Shown: positions 1 through 12,070 of the stretch, in pieces
How positions within the stretch are numbered: the first letter of the stretch is position 1
Layout of the letters: each line of letters starts with the position of its first letter
Assembly (NCBI RefSeq): GCF_006345805.1
Contig: NC_043002.1
Coordinates: 60,140,001 to 60,204,000 of the forward strand
Direction of reading: 5' to 3'
Source of the DNA: Octopus sinensis
Taxonomy: Eukaryota
DNA: 64,000 bases
Translations under genes and position numbers: made by a program
Notes under the pieces: model-generated
The model's input: only the letters and a program-made list of their open reading frames with translations
What the model was told of the DNA's origin: nothing
Database searches by the model: none

Positions 1-82
1 CGAAGTTTAAATGTGTTTAGTTACATGGAAATTATTTTAAAAATCTGCCTATCAAAGCGAAAAGATACTATACATGCATACA

Positions 83-118
<36 letters not shown>

Positions 119-154
119 TATATATAATATTATATATATAATGATACATATACA

Positions 155-195
155 TACAGGTTGGCCAAAATTCACCTGACAATAAATCAAAGTCA
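155..195 (+). mobile_element. Lone Tc1/mariner-type terminal inverted repeat remnant
   Basis: TA-CAGGTTGGCCAAAATTCACCTGAC resembles TA-CAGGGTCGGCCAAATGTCACCCGAC at 56408; TA-CAGG start is typical of Tc1/mariner TIRs; no partner TIR found. Confidence 0.4.
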
Positions 196-245
196 TTCAG
201 TTCCAAGATTCCAATACACACACACGCGCGCACACACACACCACA

Positions 246-284
<39 letters not shown>

Positions 285-332
285 TATATATATATACAAT
301 GAAAATATTCAGAAAATGCTGGAGTCTATATA

Positions 333-743
333 GTAAAGTGAGTCGTTTTAGGTATCCTCTCTGGCTTCAAAAATTATTTACAAAAATGTACTCAAATCAA
401 GGGATTCAGTATCTGACAATGATAAGTAAAGGTTTGAAGTTTTGTCTTTCCTCTGTGATGTGTCAAAAAATAGTTTACATAAAAAACATTCAGATCAGTT
501 AACAATTTTTTTATAATGATAAGAAGAAAAAATATTTTCTTCTTATCATTATAAAAAAAGAAAAATAATTCTATTTCCTGATATGAATGTTTTTATGTAA
601 ACTATTTTTTGACTCGTCACCGAAGATACACAAAGCCTCAAATCTTTTTTTATCATTGTCAAACACTTTGCCACTTGATTTGAATACATTCTTATAAAGT
701 AATCTTCAACGCCACAGAGAATGTCTAAAAGCTCACACTTCAC
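333..743. repeat. Diverged ~410-bp palindrome (fold-back/MITE-like) with a perfect central 25-bp hairpin
   Basis: Arm ~333-498 is homologous to the reverse complement of ~578-743 (ORFs 299..502+ and 549..791- share MYSNQ...LTMI...SSV..QKIVYIK). Centre 506-530 / 535-559 is a perfect inverted repeat with an AATA loop. Confidence 0.75.
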
Positions 744-1386
744 TTTTGAAAATGTTTTTAGATAATTGAAAGCAATTAAGACTCCATCCACTTCAGATCC
801 TTTTCCTTATATTTTTACGCATGCGGTAATTCCCAACTTTATTTCATGATACACACACATATATATATCTGTAAAAACGCATTGTTGGCAAAGGCTACGA
901 CGCATTCTATTATTAAGTAAATGAAAAAATACTCATGATGAATAGGACATCACCAACGAGTGAAATACACGTAAGTGTAGTGCGTAGAGATAAGTGCGTA
1001 GAAGTACGCAACTCGTCAGTGTGATCGTCATAGCAAAATATAATATGTAGAACTATATACGAGGAGTCTGCATGAGATTGAATATATATATAGTTCTACC
1101 AATTACATTTGGGGTTATATTTCATAAGTTTTTGTTTTGGCGCGCCAAAATACCGAAATAATTCTGTGCAGTGAATATTGCCGGTTAGACACCTTGTTAT
1201 TTAAATTTAAATTTAGTGATTACGTAAGTTGTAAAAACGAAACTGGTTTGTGATTAACATGTATATTTTTTATCTTTACATTTATGTTGCACGCTTACGT
1301 TCTGGCGTTTGCTAAATTTTCTTGAGAACATAGGAGGTCATCTTCTAGCATAATGGATGTCCATTAGTGGTCATCCCACTTATATA

Positions 1387-1673
1387 TCTATATATATAAA
1401 AGTGAAGTTGTGTGAGTGTCTGTCTCCTACGATTTAGATTCCGAACTACTCCTACATTTTGCGGTGCAGTATAACCAAATTCGGGTATCTTATAGTCGTG
1501 ATTCATATCGAGCCCCTCTGGGTATTAGCGCGCGTCTACGATGAGGCAAAGTTTAAAAAAAATTACCATCATTTTTTATTCCAGTTTTAATGTATTTTTT
1601 GCTATAACTCTCTAAAAATGCTTATATAGGTATTTCCCTTACAAACCCGAGCAACGCCGGGCGATACTGCTAG
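1387..1673 (+). mobile_element. Non-autonomous Helitron, short variant (287 bp)
   Basis: 5' TC (A|TCTATATATATAAAA), 3' CTAG followed by T, subterminal hairpin CCCG-agcaacgc-CGGG at 1646-1661, A|T insertion site with no TSD. Confidence 0.85.
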
Positions 1674-1839
1674 TATGTAATATAATTTTTCTGAATCTTC
1701 ACATTTTTCTATATTGTACACCACTGGTTTTAAATTGATATTAATCAAATTACTATTCAACTTTTCAGCCTTATCATTTTAATTTACATACTCATATATG
1801 TATCTCTCACTCTCTTTCTACACACACACCACACATATA

Positions 1840-1898
<59 letters not shown>

Positions 1899-1989
1899 GT
1901 GTGTGTGTGTGTGTGTGTGTTGTTTTTTTTATATATATGTATATATATATTATATATATATATATAGTATATTATATATAATATATATA

Positions 1990-2494
1990 CTAGCAGTATC
2001 GCCGGCGTTGCTCGGGTTTGTAAGGGAAATAACTATATAAACAGTTTTAGACAGTTACTTCCCTTATAGATGCCAATTCGGGCTTTCTTAGCCATTTCTG
2101 TTTTGGTGTCTTCAAGCCATGAAGTCGTTGTTCTAAAAGAACGCTGGTCTCCTTGACAACGCTTTACGACGTTGATTTCCTTACACTCCCTTCCCACAGC
2201 TTCACGAGGGAGGGAAGAAGGGGGAGAAGCAAACAGGTGCAGGTGTGACCATGGACGCCAACTCCGCCGCCATCGACACACGAAAATTATGCATTAAAAA
2301 TGAATAAAAAATTATGTTAAATTATTTTTAAAATCGTAGACTCATCGTAGACGCGCGCTAATACTCAGGCGGGCTCGATATGAATCACGACTATAAGATA
2401 CCCGAATTTGGTTAAACTGCATCGCAAAATGTGGAGTAGTTAGGAATCTAAATCGAAGGGGACAGACACTCACACAACTACAGTTTTATATATA
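1990..2494 (-). mobile_element. Non-autonomous Helitron, long variant (~505 bp)
   Basis: Same termini as 1387-1673 on the minus strand (CTAG at 1990-1993 plus hairpin); carries an extra ~220-bp internal segment. Confidence 0.85.
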
Positions 2495-2983
2495 CTAGCA
2501 GTATCGCCCGGCGTTGCTCGGGTTTGTAAGGGAAATAACTATATAAGCATTTTAGAGAGTTACTTCCTTTATAAATTCGGGCTTTCTTAGCCATTTTTAT
2601 TTTGGTGTCTACAAGCCATAAAGTCGTTGTTCTAAAAGAACGCTGGTTCCTTCACAACGCATTACGACGTTGATTTCTTTACACTCCCTTCCCCACAGCT
2701 TCACGAGGGAGGGAAGGGGGAGAAGCAAACAGGTGCAGCTGTGAGCGCGGACGCCACTCCGCCGCCAATCGACATACGATGCATTTTATGCATTAAAATG
2801 GAATAAAAAAATGATGTTAAATTATTTTTAAAATCGTAGACTCATCGTTGACGCGCGCTAATAGTCAGACGGGCTCGATATGAATCACGACTATAAGATA
2901 CCCGAATTTGGTTAAACTGCACCGCAAAATGTGGGAGGAGTTAGGAATCTAAATCGAAGGGGACAGACACTCACACAACTAGA

Positions 2984-3018
<35 letters not shown>
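2495..3018 (-). mobile_element. Non-autonomous Helitron, long variant, head-to-tail with the previous copy
   Basis: CTAG at 2495-2498 plus hairpin; homologous along its length to 1990-2494; the 5' end dissolves into (TA)n, so that boundary is approximate. Confidence 0.8.
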
Positions 3019-3019
<1 letters not shown>

Positions 3020-3354
3020 TACTTGATCTCAGAATAGATGACTCTATATATATTTAGGTGTGCAATTTAGGTTAAAATCTATTTGGAAAGGAGGAAGTGG
3101 ATGCGTATACAATGCTCAGATATGTGCACATATGTATATCGTTGGACTATGGCGTCTGGAGTTTTGAAGCACCAAAGAATATTAACATAGTCTTATGTTT
3201 ACATCTATTTTCAAGAAAAATACGTCTCACATTATTAATATAATTAATTTTAATAATGTTTTTCAATGTTTCCAAATATGGTTGGATGCCAATAATTTTA
3301 CAATGTAACGTACAGCATACATGTAAATATGTATTCTGCAAAGAAAAAATATAT

Positions 3355-3549
<195 letters not shown>

Positions 3550-4301
3550 CTTGTTAAAGTAAAATAACGAAGAAAAAACACGGAAGCATTTGAATAAGAA
3601 TAAAGCGAAAAGAAAACCGATAGAAATACGGAGAAAAAAAGTAATCGTTTTACACCCTAAAACCATCCTAAGTTCTTCATTAATATAGTAACCTTCAAAT
3701 GTGGATTGTTATAGATAATGGCAGAGAGATTACATCTTTTGTGTAGATAAATGTTTTGTATAGGTGTGAAATTAGTTACCGGCATTGCGATTATTTATTT
3801 ATGATCAGGAGTGTTCATGGAATGTTATTTCGTTATTTTCGGTGAAACTTGTATTGAATGATAAGAAACTCACGTTGTGGAAAATATGGACAAAATCCAA
3901 ATTGTTGAATGTGTTTCTATTCATTCTTTCTCCATGTAAAGTATTTTTTTTTTGTCAGCACACTTTTATTACGTTCAAGTTTTTTTTTCTCTTTTCCAAT
4001 TCAATTTTCTGTCGCTTCATGAAACACAGAAGAAAAATGTAGATATGTGAACAATAAAATACAGTTAATTTCAAAAGAGCGAGAGGGAGAGTGTGGAGAG
4101 AGAATGACCTTTGGAAACTAATATTTTAGTATGCGTGTTATCATGCACGCGCCATTGGCATATACACATATATATATACACCTACATATGCGCTCACAAA
4201 TATACATAGAATCATATATACCTACCTACATACATACATACATGCATGCACATATATATATATATAAATATATACATTATATATATATATGTATATATAC
4301 G

Positions 4302-4332
<31 letters not shown>

Positions 4333-4363
4333 ATGACTATATTTATATGTGTACCTCTCTCTC

Positions 4364-4517
<154 letters not shown>

Positions 4518-5075
4518 GTTGTCTGTTTGTCGGTGTGTATGCATATATTTAAGTATATTATAGTTGATACGAAGCATTGTGAAACAGCATGAGAATGTTT
4601 AAGAAAGCCACAACAAAAGAAGTTCGGTATAAAGTAGTGAACATCGAAGAGAAAACGCAACCAAAACTATAGCAAATGTTTAAAAGTTTACTTCGTAAGT
4701 TCCGCCATATTTCAAACTTTACATCACATGACATATTCTTCTCAAAATATTCCAACTGTGTTGATGGTTAATGTGTATATATCTATGGCGCGTGGAACGG
4801 CTCACAAGTAATTTTTAGTGAGTACTCTCTGAGTATCAACATTATGACCAACCGTTTCTAAGTGTCGTTTGTAAAATCGAAGTATTTGTCTTATTATTAT
4901 TACGATAAAGTTTATATAAAAGTTTTAAATTTATGTACAAGGCCACCATATTTGAAGAGAGAGAGAGATTCCCGCTTCGCATCGATTCAGTGCTTGATTG
5001 ATACTTTATTTTTTCGAGAAAATGCGAAGTTGGCATCGGTACGCATCAGAATTCAGAAAGTATTCTGTTGTAGAC

Positions 5076-5150
5076 GGGTATATGGCATAGTGGTTAAGAG
5101 CGCGGATTGCTAACCCCAAGATTCTGAGTTCGATTCCATCCAGTGACCTA
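5076..5150 (+). mobile_element. tRNA-derived SINE head running into an (AAT)n tract
   Basis: A box TGGCATAGTGG (5083-5093), B box GAGTTCGATTCC (5126-5137), anticodon-arm-like GGATTGCTAACCC; no complete acceptor stem; followed by (AAT)n 5150-5277. Confidence 0.65.
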
Positions 5151-5187
5151 AATAATAATAATGATAATAATAATAATAATAATAATG

Positions 5188-5263
<76 letters not shown>

Positions 5264-5277
5264 TGATAATAATAATA

Positions 5278-5829
5278 GCCCTGATGCAGTACCAGGCAGA
5301 GGCTCTCATGGCTTCTGATCTTAACTGATTGGAAGTGTTATCATGTACATTGTTTTGTCTTGGTATAAAAGATGGGCTACAGCAAATATTCTGCTCAATA
5401 CCACAGATTTGCTTGTCAGTTGTTTGACCTTAACCAGTTGAGCATGTCCCTTAGTGGCTGACGATATGTGCATCTCTGATCACAAGCAGAAGTAGTGGGG
5501 GAGCATCATAGCCATGTGTTGAGAAGGATTCTTTGGGGTTTGAGTGATTCACCTCTGGAAACATGGGTGTTTCGTTCAACGTCCTTAAACAACTCTTATT
5601 CAGGGACCTTTTGAGTGGGATGGGTTACTCGATCTGCAGAAAATTCTACTGGGCTCCACCTGCAAGGTCATGTGCTGTTTATCTTGATATGAGATCACCA
5701 TGTCGCGCACATATGGTTGTGATGCATGTGCCTGGTATACCTTTATCAGACGGGTAGTCATGATGGGTATATTGGGCTTCGTATATTTTACCCCAGTGTC
5801 ATTTTGATGGCATGCACTGCTCTGTCACT
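5278..5829. mobile_element. Unclassified ~550-bp interspersed repeat flanked on both sides by (AAT)n
   Basis: A diverged second copy of its right-hand ~340 bp lies at ~10815-11139 and also abuts (AAT)n. Confidence 0.7.
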
Positions 5830-5830
5830 C

Positions 5831-5889
<59 letters not shown>

Positions 5890-5924
5890 TAATAATAATA
5901 ATAATAACAATAACAATAACAACA

Positions 5925-6070
5925 TCGGAAAACTACCTCAGGAATGAGAAACCATGTTCGAAATGTCTCCAAGACACCTGATGAAGGCTGGAGGGTATAT
6001 CAGCCGAAATGTTGTGTTAACAACAAACAAGATGAGGTCCAGTATCTGCGAATGTAAATAATGTAAATAC
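5925..6070 (+). mobile_element. Solo PLE-type pseudo-LTR with hammerhead motif
   Basis: Homologous, more decayed copy on the minus strand at ~37350-37497; both abut (AAT)n at their 5' side; contains the hammerhead at 5974-6017. Confidence 0.6.
5974..6017 (+). ncRNA. Minimal type I hammerhead ribozyme motif (probable CpG decay in stem III)
   Basis: ACAC-CTGATGA-A-GGCTG(loop)CAGCC-GAAAT-GTT-GTGT: stems I and II pair; GAAAC reads GAAAT here. Confidence 0.7.
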
Positions 6071-6736
6071 TGTAGAGAATACATTGACATCATCTCTTTC
6101 AATTTCTCGTTTTATTTCTCACCTCCTCTGTCTCTCTCTCTATCTCTCAACTATTGGCTCAAATACATATCAAAGTATTCCGTCAATGCCGACAGTTACA
6201 GAAAATATTCATTACAAGTGTAACATGGATGACATAGAAAGCAGACATTGTGCCACGACATGTTGCGTTGCGCAGGATGGGAAACGTGAAACATCAACAA
6301 TGCACTTCTGGAAAATGGATGAACGGATTTTTTGTGCATTTACCCTGTCGCTCACTCCGGCACATGGCCCGTTGGTGCTTGGGATGGTAACACGAATCAT
6401 CATCAGGGCGGCGACAAAAATCTTAATGTTCTTCTCGTTACCTCTGCCAAATTGGACAAAACGGTTTTCAGGAAATATTATACGCTGCTTATACACGCAT
6501 GTGTAGTGTCAATATTTTATCGCTGGAAGTTACGGGCCTTAACGCTGAGAAAAAGCTTAAAGAATGCGGTTTATCAGCCGCTGAGACTGCATTAGGCAAA
6601 ACGTTGAAAATCTGTTTGGCCCATGGCACTCCAGGGAACGTGTGTAATGCATGAGTAAAGTTTCATTAAAATCGATTGGGTTGATCTCGAGTTTTAATGT
6701 ATGACAAACACACAGACAGGAATACATCCTGTGTTG

Positions 6737-6820
<84 letters not shown>

Positions 6821-6922
6821 GGAGTAAACACATAAATGTGAAACAAGGTGGAAAAAAGAGTACTCAAATACCAGTGGTAGAGTAATATGCTTTATTTTAA
6901 GCAGCAGAAAATTCAACAAAAT

Positions 6923-6960
6923 CTGTTACTCTGAGTTTCTTGTTGCCGTTCATCAGACAG
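6923..6960 (-). ncRNA. Minimal type I hammerhead ribozyme in PLE pLTR
   Basis: CTGT-CTGATGA-acggcaacaa-GAAAC-TC-A-GA-GTA-ACAG; stem III ACTC/GAGT has a 1-nt loop (dimer-type), GUA cleavage triplet. Confidence 0.8.
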
Positions 6961-8038
6961 TTTTTGCTAGGATGGAACCGATATATCAATTCAATCTAGA
7001 CTCTTACAAACGCTACACCTTTAAAAACAAATGGACTTGTTTGATTGGCCCTTTAGAAAAAACGGTCAATCTTCGAGCGATAAACAAAAAGGTCAAAAAT
7101 ATATGTATATATATATATAAAACTTATAAAAATTATAAAATCCGAGGAAAAAAACCTTACATTGAATAAAATACATATTGACGTTAATGAAGAAGGTATA
7201 AATTAATGCATAGAAATTAAACCTGTTATAAATATTACACTGCAATACATATTTATATTAAAATGTAGATATATATATCAGCATACACAGAAGTATGCGT
7301 GCAAACGCCATACATATACAGACGTATAAATCTAAATCTAAATATATACATAAATGCATGCGTACATATATTCACGCAAACCATCTCGCACGCAAGTTAA
7401 AAACAACTATGTAGCGATTCTCATATACTGAGTAAGGGGGGGTACGAAAGAAAGGAAGAGAGAGAAAAAGGAACGAAGGAGGGGTGGGGAAAAAACCGAA
7501 ATAAGAAAAAATTATGTATAGAAGCTGTGTAACGGCATTATTGACATATTTGGGGACAAATATACAAATACACAAGTTCGAATGGATACATATACATACA
7601 GTCGTGTATATGTGTGCTTAAGCACAAACATACGCTCAATTACACATACACAGATACGCATGCTTACAAATACATATCCATGGCTATACACATACTTATA
7701 TCAAAATTCTAATTTTTGACAACATTGCTTTTTTTAAAAAAACATTGCTTTTTTTAAAAAAATGGGTGCACTAATAAAAATATATACGAAAGACATATAA
7801 AATAAAATATAACACCCTATTTTTGATCATTTATAAATAATCAAGGTAATCCTATACAATACAATAACATGAAATAAACAAAGTCGAAGGTTTTTCCTAA
7901 TGTATATGTAGAAACATAAGACTTTGCTATACGGATTAAAATCCGCATAGTTTGAAACAAAAACAAAATCCATCGTAGCGCTCACAGTTCAAGAGTCAAA
8001 ATCAAAATTTCAAAAATCAAAAATACAAAATATATACT

Positions 8039-9155
8039 CTATCCATATGGTATATTTATATTCGACATTTTAAATTTAGCCGCGTGCCTACATAAGTTCA
8101 TTAGCTCACTTCTTTGATTCAAAGAATTATTGTCTTTGAATAAGATGTACATTTTCTCTGATAGGCAAAGTTTGCACTTGAAATTATTTTTGTATGCTCC
8201 ATGCCTGTATGGTGCCGCCCTGTCCAGAATGCTCCATGTCACGTTGAAAGGTGGGGTTTCCTTTTCTTTTAGTTCCCAGACATATTTTGCTAGGCTGGTC
8301 CTCTTCCTATTCTCTGGGTATTTAAATGAATTTTTATGAGAATAAAATCTTGTTTTAAATGAATTTTCTGAAGCCCCTGTGTATGTCTTGTATTCCGATG
8401 AGCCTTCCACTTGCACCTTGGCTCTATAAACTACTCCTTTCACTAGACATTTCCCTTCTAACGGACAGGAGCTTTCGTTTTTGAAATTGCATTTCTTAAT
8501 GGGCTCGGCACCATGTCTAATCTCAATTAGCTTCCTATTATGTTGGCTAATGTAAGAGGCGAAATATCTGCAACAAGAATAGCTAACCTTCAGGGTTCTT
8601 CTATTAAATATCCGATAGAATTTATGACCCTGCTTAAAATGCTTAGAGACTAATCTCAAAAATTCCTTACCTATATTAGTCTTTACGGCCAAATTGAAAG
8701 CCGGGTTGAACCACAAAACTTTCCTGGTCCTAGTTCTTCGTGCAGCATTATTATCAGCATTAAGCTGGTTGTACTGGATCTTCTCAGAGAATCCACTATT
8801 CTTTAATGCGCTATCGTAATAAGGTGCAGCATTATGGAATGCTGCCTCGTCCGAAGAAATTGAAGATATTCTTCAACCTACATTGCTGACTAAGTTCCTA
8901 AGAATAACTGGTGGATGGTTCGAATCTTTGCTAATATACGATAGCTTTTCACTGGGCTTACGGAAAGGTTTAAATCTATCCGACCTTACATTAAAATTAA
9001 CGTCTAAAAAAATCTACACTATTCAGGTTAGCATCTATCGTAACCCGTAAGACCATCCTTTGAAAGAAAGCTATAAGGTCCTTCCTAAGTCTATCTGATT
9101 CATGGCCGTTTAGATTATGCATGGCTATAAGGCCTTCATCCCTATATAAACCTTT
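8039..9155 (-). pseudogene. PLE ORF remnant: RT palm end/thumb plus GIY-YIG endonuclease
   Basis: ORF 8039..8716 has WFNP..TNIGK.FL..KHF..FN..KVSYSC, CPLEGKC, VYRAK..YTG (GIY-YIG) and CKLC. Manual upstream translation gives FLDV..SNHPP..RISSISS and GLYRDE (YRDD-like), with one TGA (8873-8875) and frameshifts. Confidence 0.9.
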
Positions 9156-10074
9156 GTTTATTTCATGTTATTGTATTGTATAGGATTACCTTGATTATTT
9201 ATAAATGATCAAAAATAGGGTGTTATATTTTATTTTATATGTCTTTCGTATATATTTTTATTAGTGCACCCATTTTGTTTAAAAAAGCAATGTTTTTTTT
9301 AAAAAAAGCAATGTTGTCAAAAATTAGAATTTTGATATAAGTATGTGTATAGCCATGGATATGTATTTGTAAGCATGCGTATCTGTGTATGTGTAATTGA
9401 GCGTATGTTTGTGCTTAAGCACACATATACACGACTGTATGTATATGTATCCATTCGAACTTGTGTATTTGTATACTTGTCCCCAAATATGTCAATAATG
9501 CCGTTACACAGCTTGCATACATAATTTTTTCTTATTTCGGTTTTTTCCCCACCCCTCCTTCGTTCCTTTTTCTCTCTCTTCCTTTCTTTCGTACCCCCCC
9601 TTACTCAGTATATGAGAATCGCTACATAGTTGTTTTTAACTTGCGTGCGAGATGGTTTGCGTGAATATATGTACGCATGCATTTATGTATATATTTAGAT
9701 TTAGATTTATACGTCTGTATATGTATGGCGTTTGCACGCATACTTCTGTGTATGCTGATATATATATCTACATTTAATATAAATATGTATTGCAGTGTAA
9801 TATTTATAACAGGTTTAATTTCTATGCATTAATTTATACCTTCTTCATTAACGTCAATATGTATTTTATTCAATGTAAGGTTTTTTCCTCGGATTTTATA
9901 ATTTTTATAAGTTTTATATATATATATACATATATTTTTGACCTTTTTGTTTATCGCTCGAAGATTGACCGTTTTTTTCTAAAGGGCCAACCAAACAAGT
10001 CCATTTGTTTTTAAAGGTGTAGCGTTTATAAGAGTCTAGATTGAATTGATATATCGGTTCCATTCTAGCAAAAA

Positions 10075-10112
10075 CTGTCTGATGAACGGCAACAAGAAAC
10101 TCAGAGTAACAG
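10075..10112 (+). ncRNA. Minimal type I hammerhead ribozyme in inverted PLE pLTR
   Basis: Identical motif to 6923-6960, on the plus strand. Confidence 0.8.
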
Positions 10113-10144
10113 ATTTTGTTGAATTTTCTGCTGCTTAAAATAAA

Positions 10145-10187
<43 letters not shown>

Positions 10188-10191
<4 letters not shown>

Positions 10192-10812
10192 GAGGGAAGT
10201 CAAACATTATCCGCACTCTCACCATAACATATCTTTGTTTTTGTCGCACCGCCTTCTGCGCATGCGTGCTTATAGTTGCTGCTAGTGTGGTCATGTGATC
10301 GCGCCATTTTTTTTTCTCTCTGACTTTACAGTGTAAACATGGCCGCTCCACTAGCAATGGACACCAAAGAAGAACAAAGAGCAGTGATCCAATTTCTTTA
10401 GTCGGAAGGTGTATTAGGGGCTGAAATTCATCGGAGACTTTTAACACAACATGGAGTCAGTGCACTGCCGCGTAGAGGTGTGTATAAGTGGATCGAGAAG
10501 TTTTAAAGTGGCCGGACAAGCGTGACGCACAAAGAGATAGCAGGACGCCCGCCAACCACCACCACTGATAAGAAGATTCAGTAAGCTTGAAAGATGGTGA
10601 TGATGCACCGGTGCAACATTACTATCTCTCGGATCGCTGCTCTTTGTTCTTCTTCAGTGGACATTGCTAGTGGAGCGGCCATGCTTACATTTTAAAGCCA
10701 GAAACAAAAATGGCACGATCAAGTTCAAACTTCAATCACATGACCATAATAGTACCAACTGTAAGCACGTATGCGCAAAAGGTAATGTGAAAATAATAAA
10801 GATATGTTATGG
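10188..10812 (+). mobile_element. Mariner relic with fold-back duplication of its left end
   Basis: TA-CCGAGGGAAGTC TIR-like start. Manual translation of ~10341-10600 gives MAAPLAMDTKEEQRAVIQFL*SEG..AEIHRRL..VYKWIEKF*SGRTSV (mariner HTH). 10222-10390 is inverted at 10631-10812. Confidence 0.75.
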
Positions 10813-10814
10813 CT

Positions 10815-11139
10815 AAAGAAGTAGTGGAGAAGCATCATAACCATGTGTTGAAAGGAATTGTTTGAGGTTTGGATAATTCATCTCTGAAAACATGGGTCTT
10901 TCGTTCAACTTCCTTAAACAACCCGTATTCAGGTACGTTTTGATCTACTCGACCTGAAGAAAATTCTAACTGAGACCCACCTGCAAAGTCACGTGCGGGT
11001 TATCATGATATGAGCACACCGTGTCATGCACATAGGGTGGTGATGCTTGTGCCGGGTGTACCTTTACCAGGCAGGTAGTCGTGATGGGTATTTAATGGGC
11101 TTCGTATATTTTACCCCAGTGTCATTCACTGCTCTCCCA
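10815..11139. mobile_element. Second, truncated copy of the (AAT)n-associated repeat seen at 5278-5829
   Basis: Shared blocks (gaagtagtgg.gagcatcat, aaacatggg, atgggtat, cttcgtatattttaccccagtgtcatt); followed by (AAT)n 11140-11225. Confidence 0.7.
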
Positions 11140-11154
11140 ATAATAATAATAATG

Positions 11155-11218
<64 letters not shown>

Positions 11219-11369
11219 TGATAATAACGAATTGTTTGATGGAAAACAAAAGAAAGAATATCGAATTTCTTTTATTATTCATGCAGTCGTTTTAATACTT
11301 ATATTTAAGAAATGAAATGGCTACATAGATAATAAAAAAGAGTTTGGGTATTCACTATTCACTGTTTAA

Positions 11370-12038
11370 TTTAGTCGAACAAATCGAACCCAGGATTTAT
11401 TCTTTGTAAGCCTAGTACTTACTCTATCGTTCTCTTTTGCCGACACGATAAGTTATGGGGACATAAACACACCAACATCGGTTGACAAGCGATGGTGAGG
11501 AGACAAACACAGACACCCAAATACATACATTTATGTGTGTGTATATATATATATATATATATACATATAAAGGGTGAAATATAATTAATTTAATAAAATC
11601 AATAAATTTCACCTGAGATTTTGGAGGGAGATACGAATTCGCTTGTCTATATAAATCTGGATATGCTAGCGGACTGTTAGATCGTTCGATGTCGCCTGAT
11701 CGGATATATAATAGGTGAGGTTTTTTTTCATAGCATTTCTAGATTCATGGGAAATATTATGTTGATAAGGAACTGAACTTACGATTCTAATCCAGAAACG
11801 ATCGTCCATAATTAATCCAGGTAGACTGTGTGATTTCGTTGTCTTCCTTCTTTTTACCATATACGGGCTACAAACACTATTGTTTGTGGAGACTTATTTT
11901 TGTAGTAATAGTAATAGTAGCCTATTTGACTGCTATTTCTAATATTTTCGGTATGTGGTTTATGCAACTTGTTGCAAATAACCCTTTATTGTAATTATAT
12001 AATTTGTACCGAATATGGTCCTTTCCATACCGAAAGAC

Positions 12039-12070
<32 letters not shown>

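Larger units (their letters stand above)
6819..10145 (-). mobile_element. 5'-truncated Penelope-like element (C-terminal GIY-YIG, Naiad-like) with inverted pseudo-LTR
   Basis: RT thumb plus GIY-YIG coding remnant at 8039-9155; 994-bp near-identical inverted repeats 6890-7883 / 9152-10145, each with a hammerhead; both ends abut (TA)n. Confidence 0.9.

Noticed and set aside
980-1020. CTGACGAG followed by hairpin TGCGTA/TACGCA on the minus strand
   Set aside because: No GAAA or stem III follows; not a hammerhead.
5076-5150. Possible tRNA-Ser(GCT) gene
   Set aside because: No complete acceptor stem or long variable arm, and it runs straight into (AAT)n; treated as a SINE head.
8873-8875. In-frame TGA in the PLE ORF as possible selenocysteine (reported for some Naiad PLEs)
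   Set aside because: It falls at an Arg-like position (G*RISS, probably CGA>TGA decay); most conserved Cys positions are ordinary TGT/TGC; no SECIS recognised.
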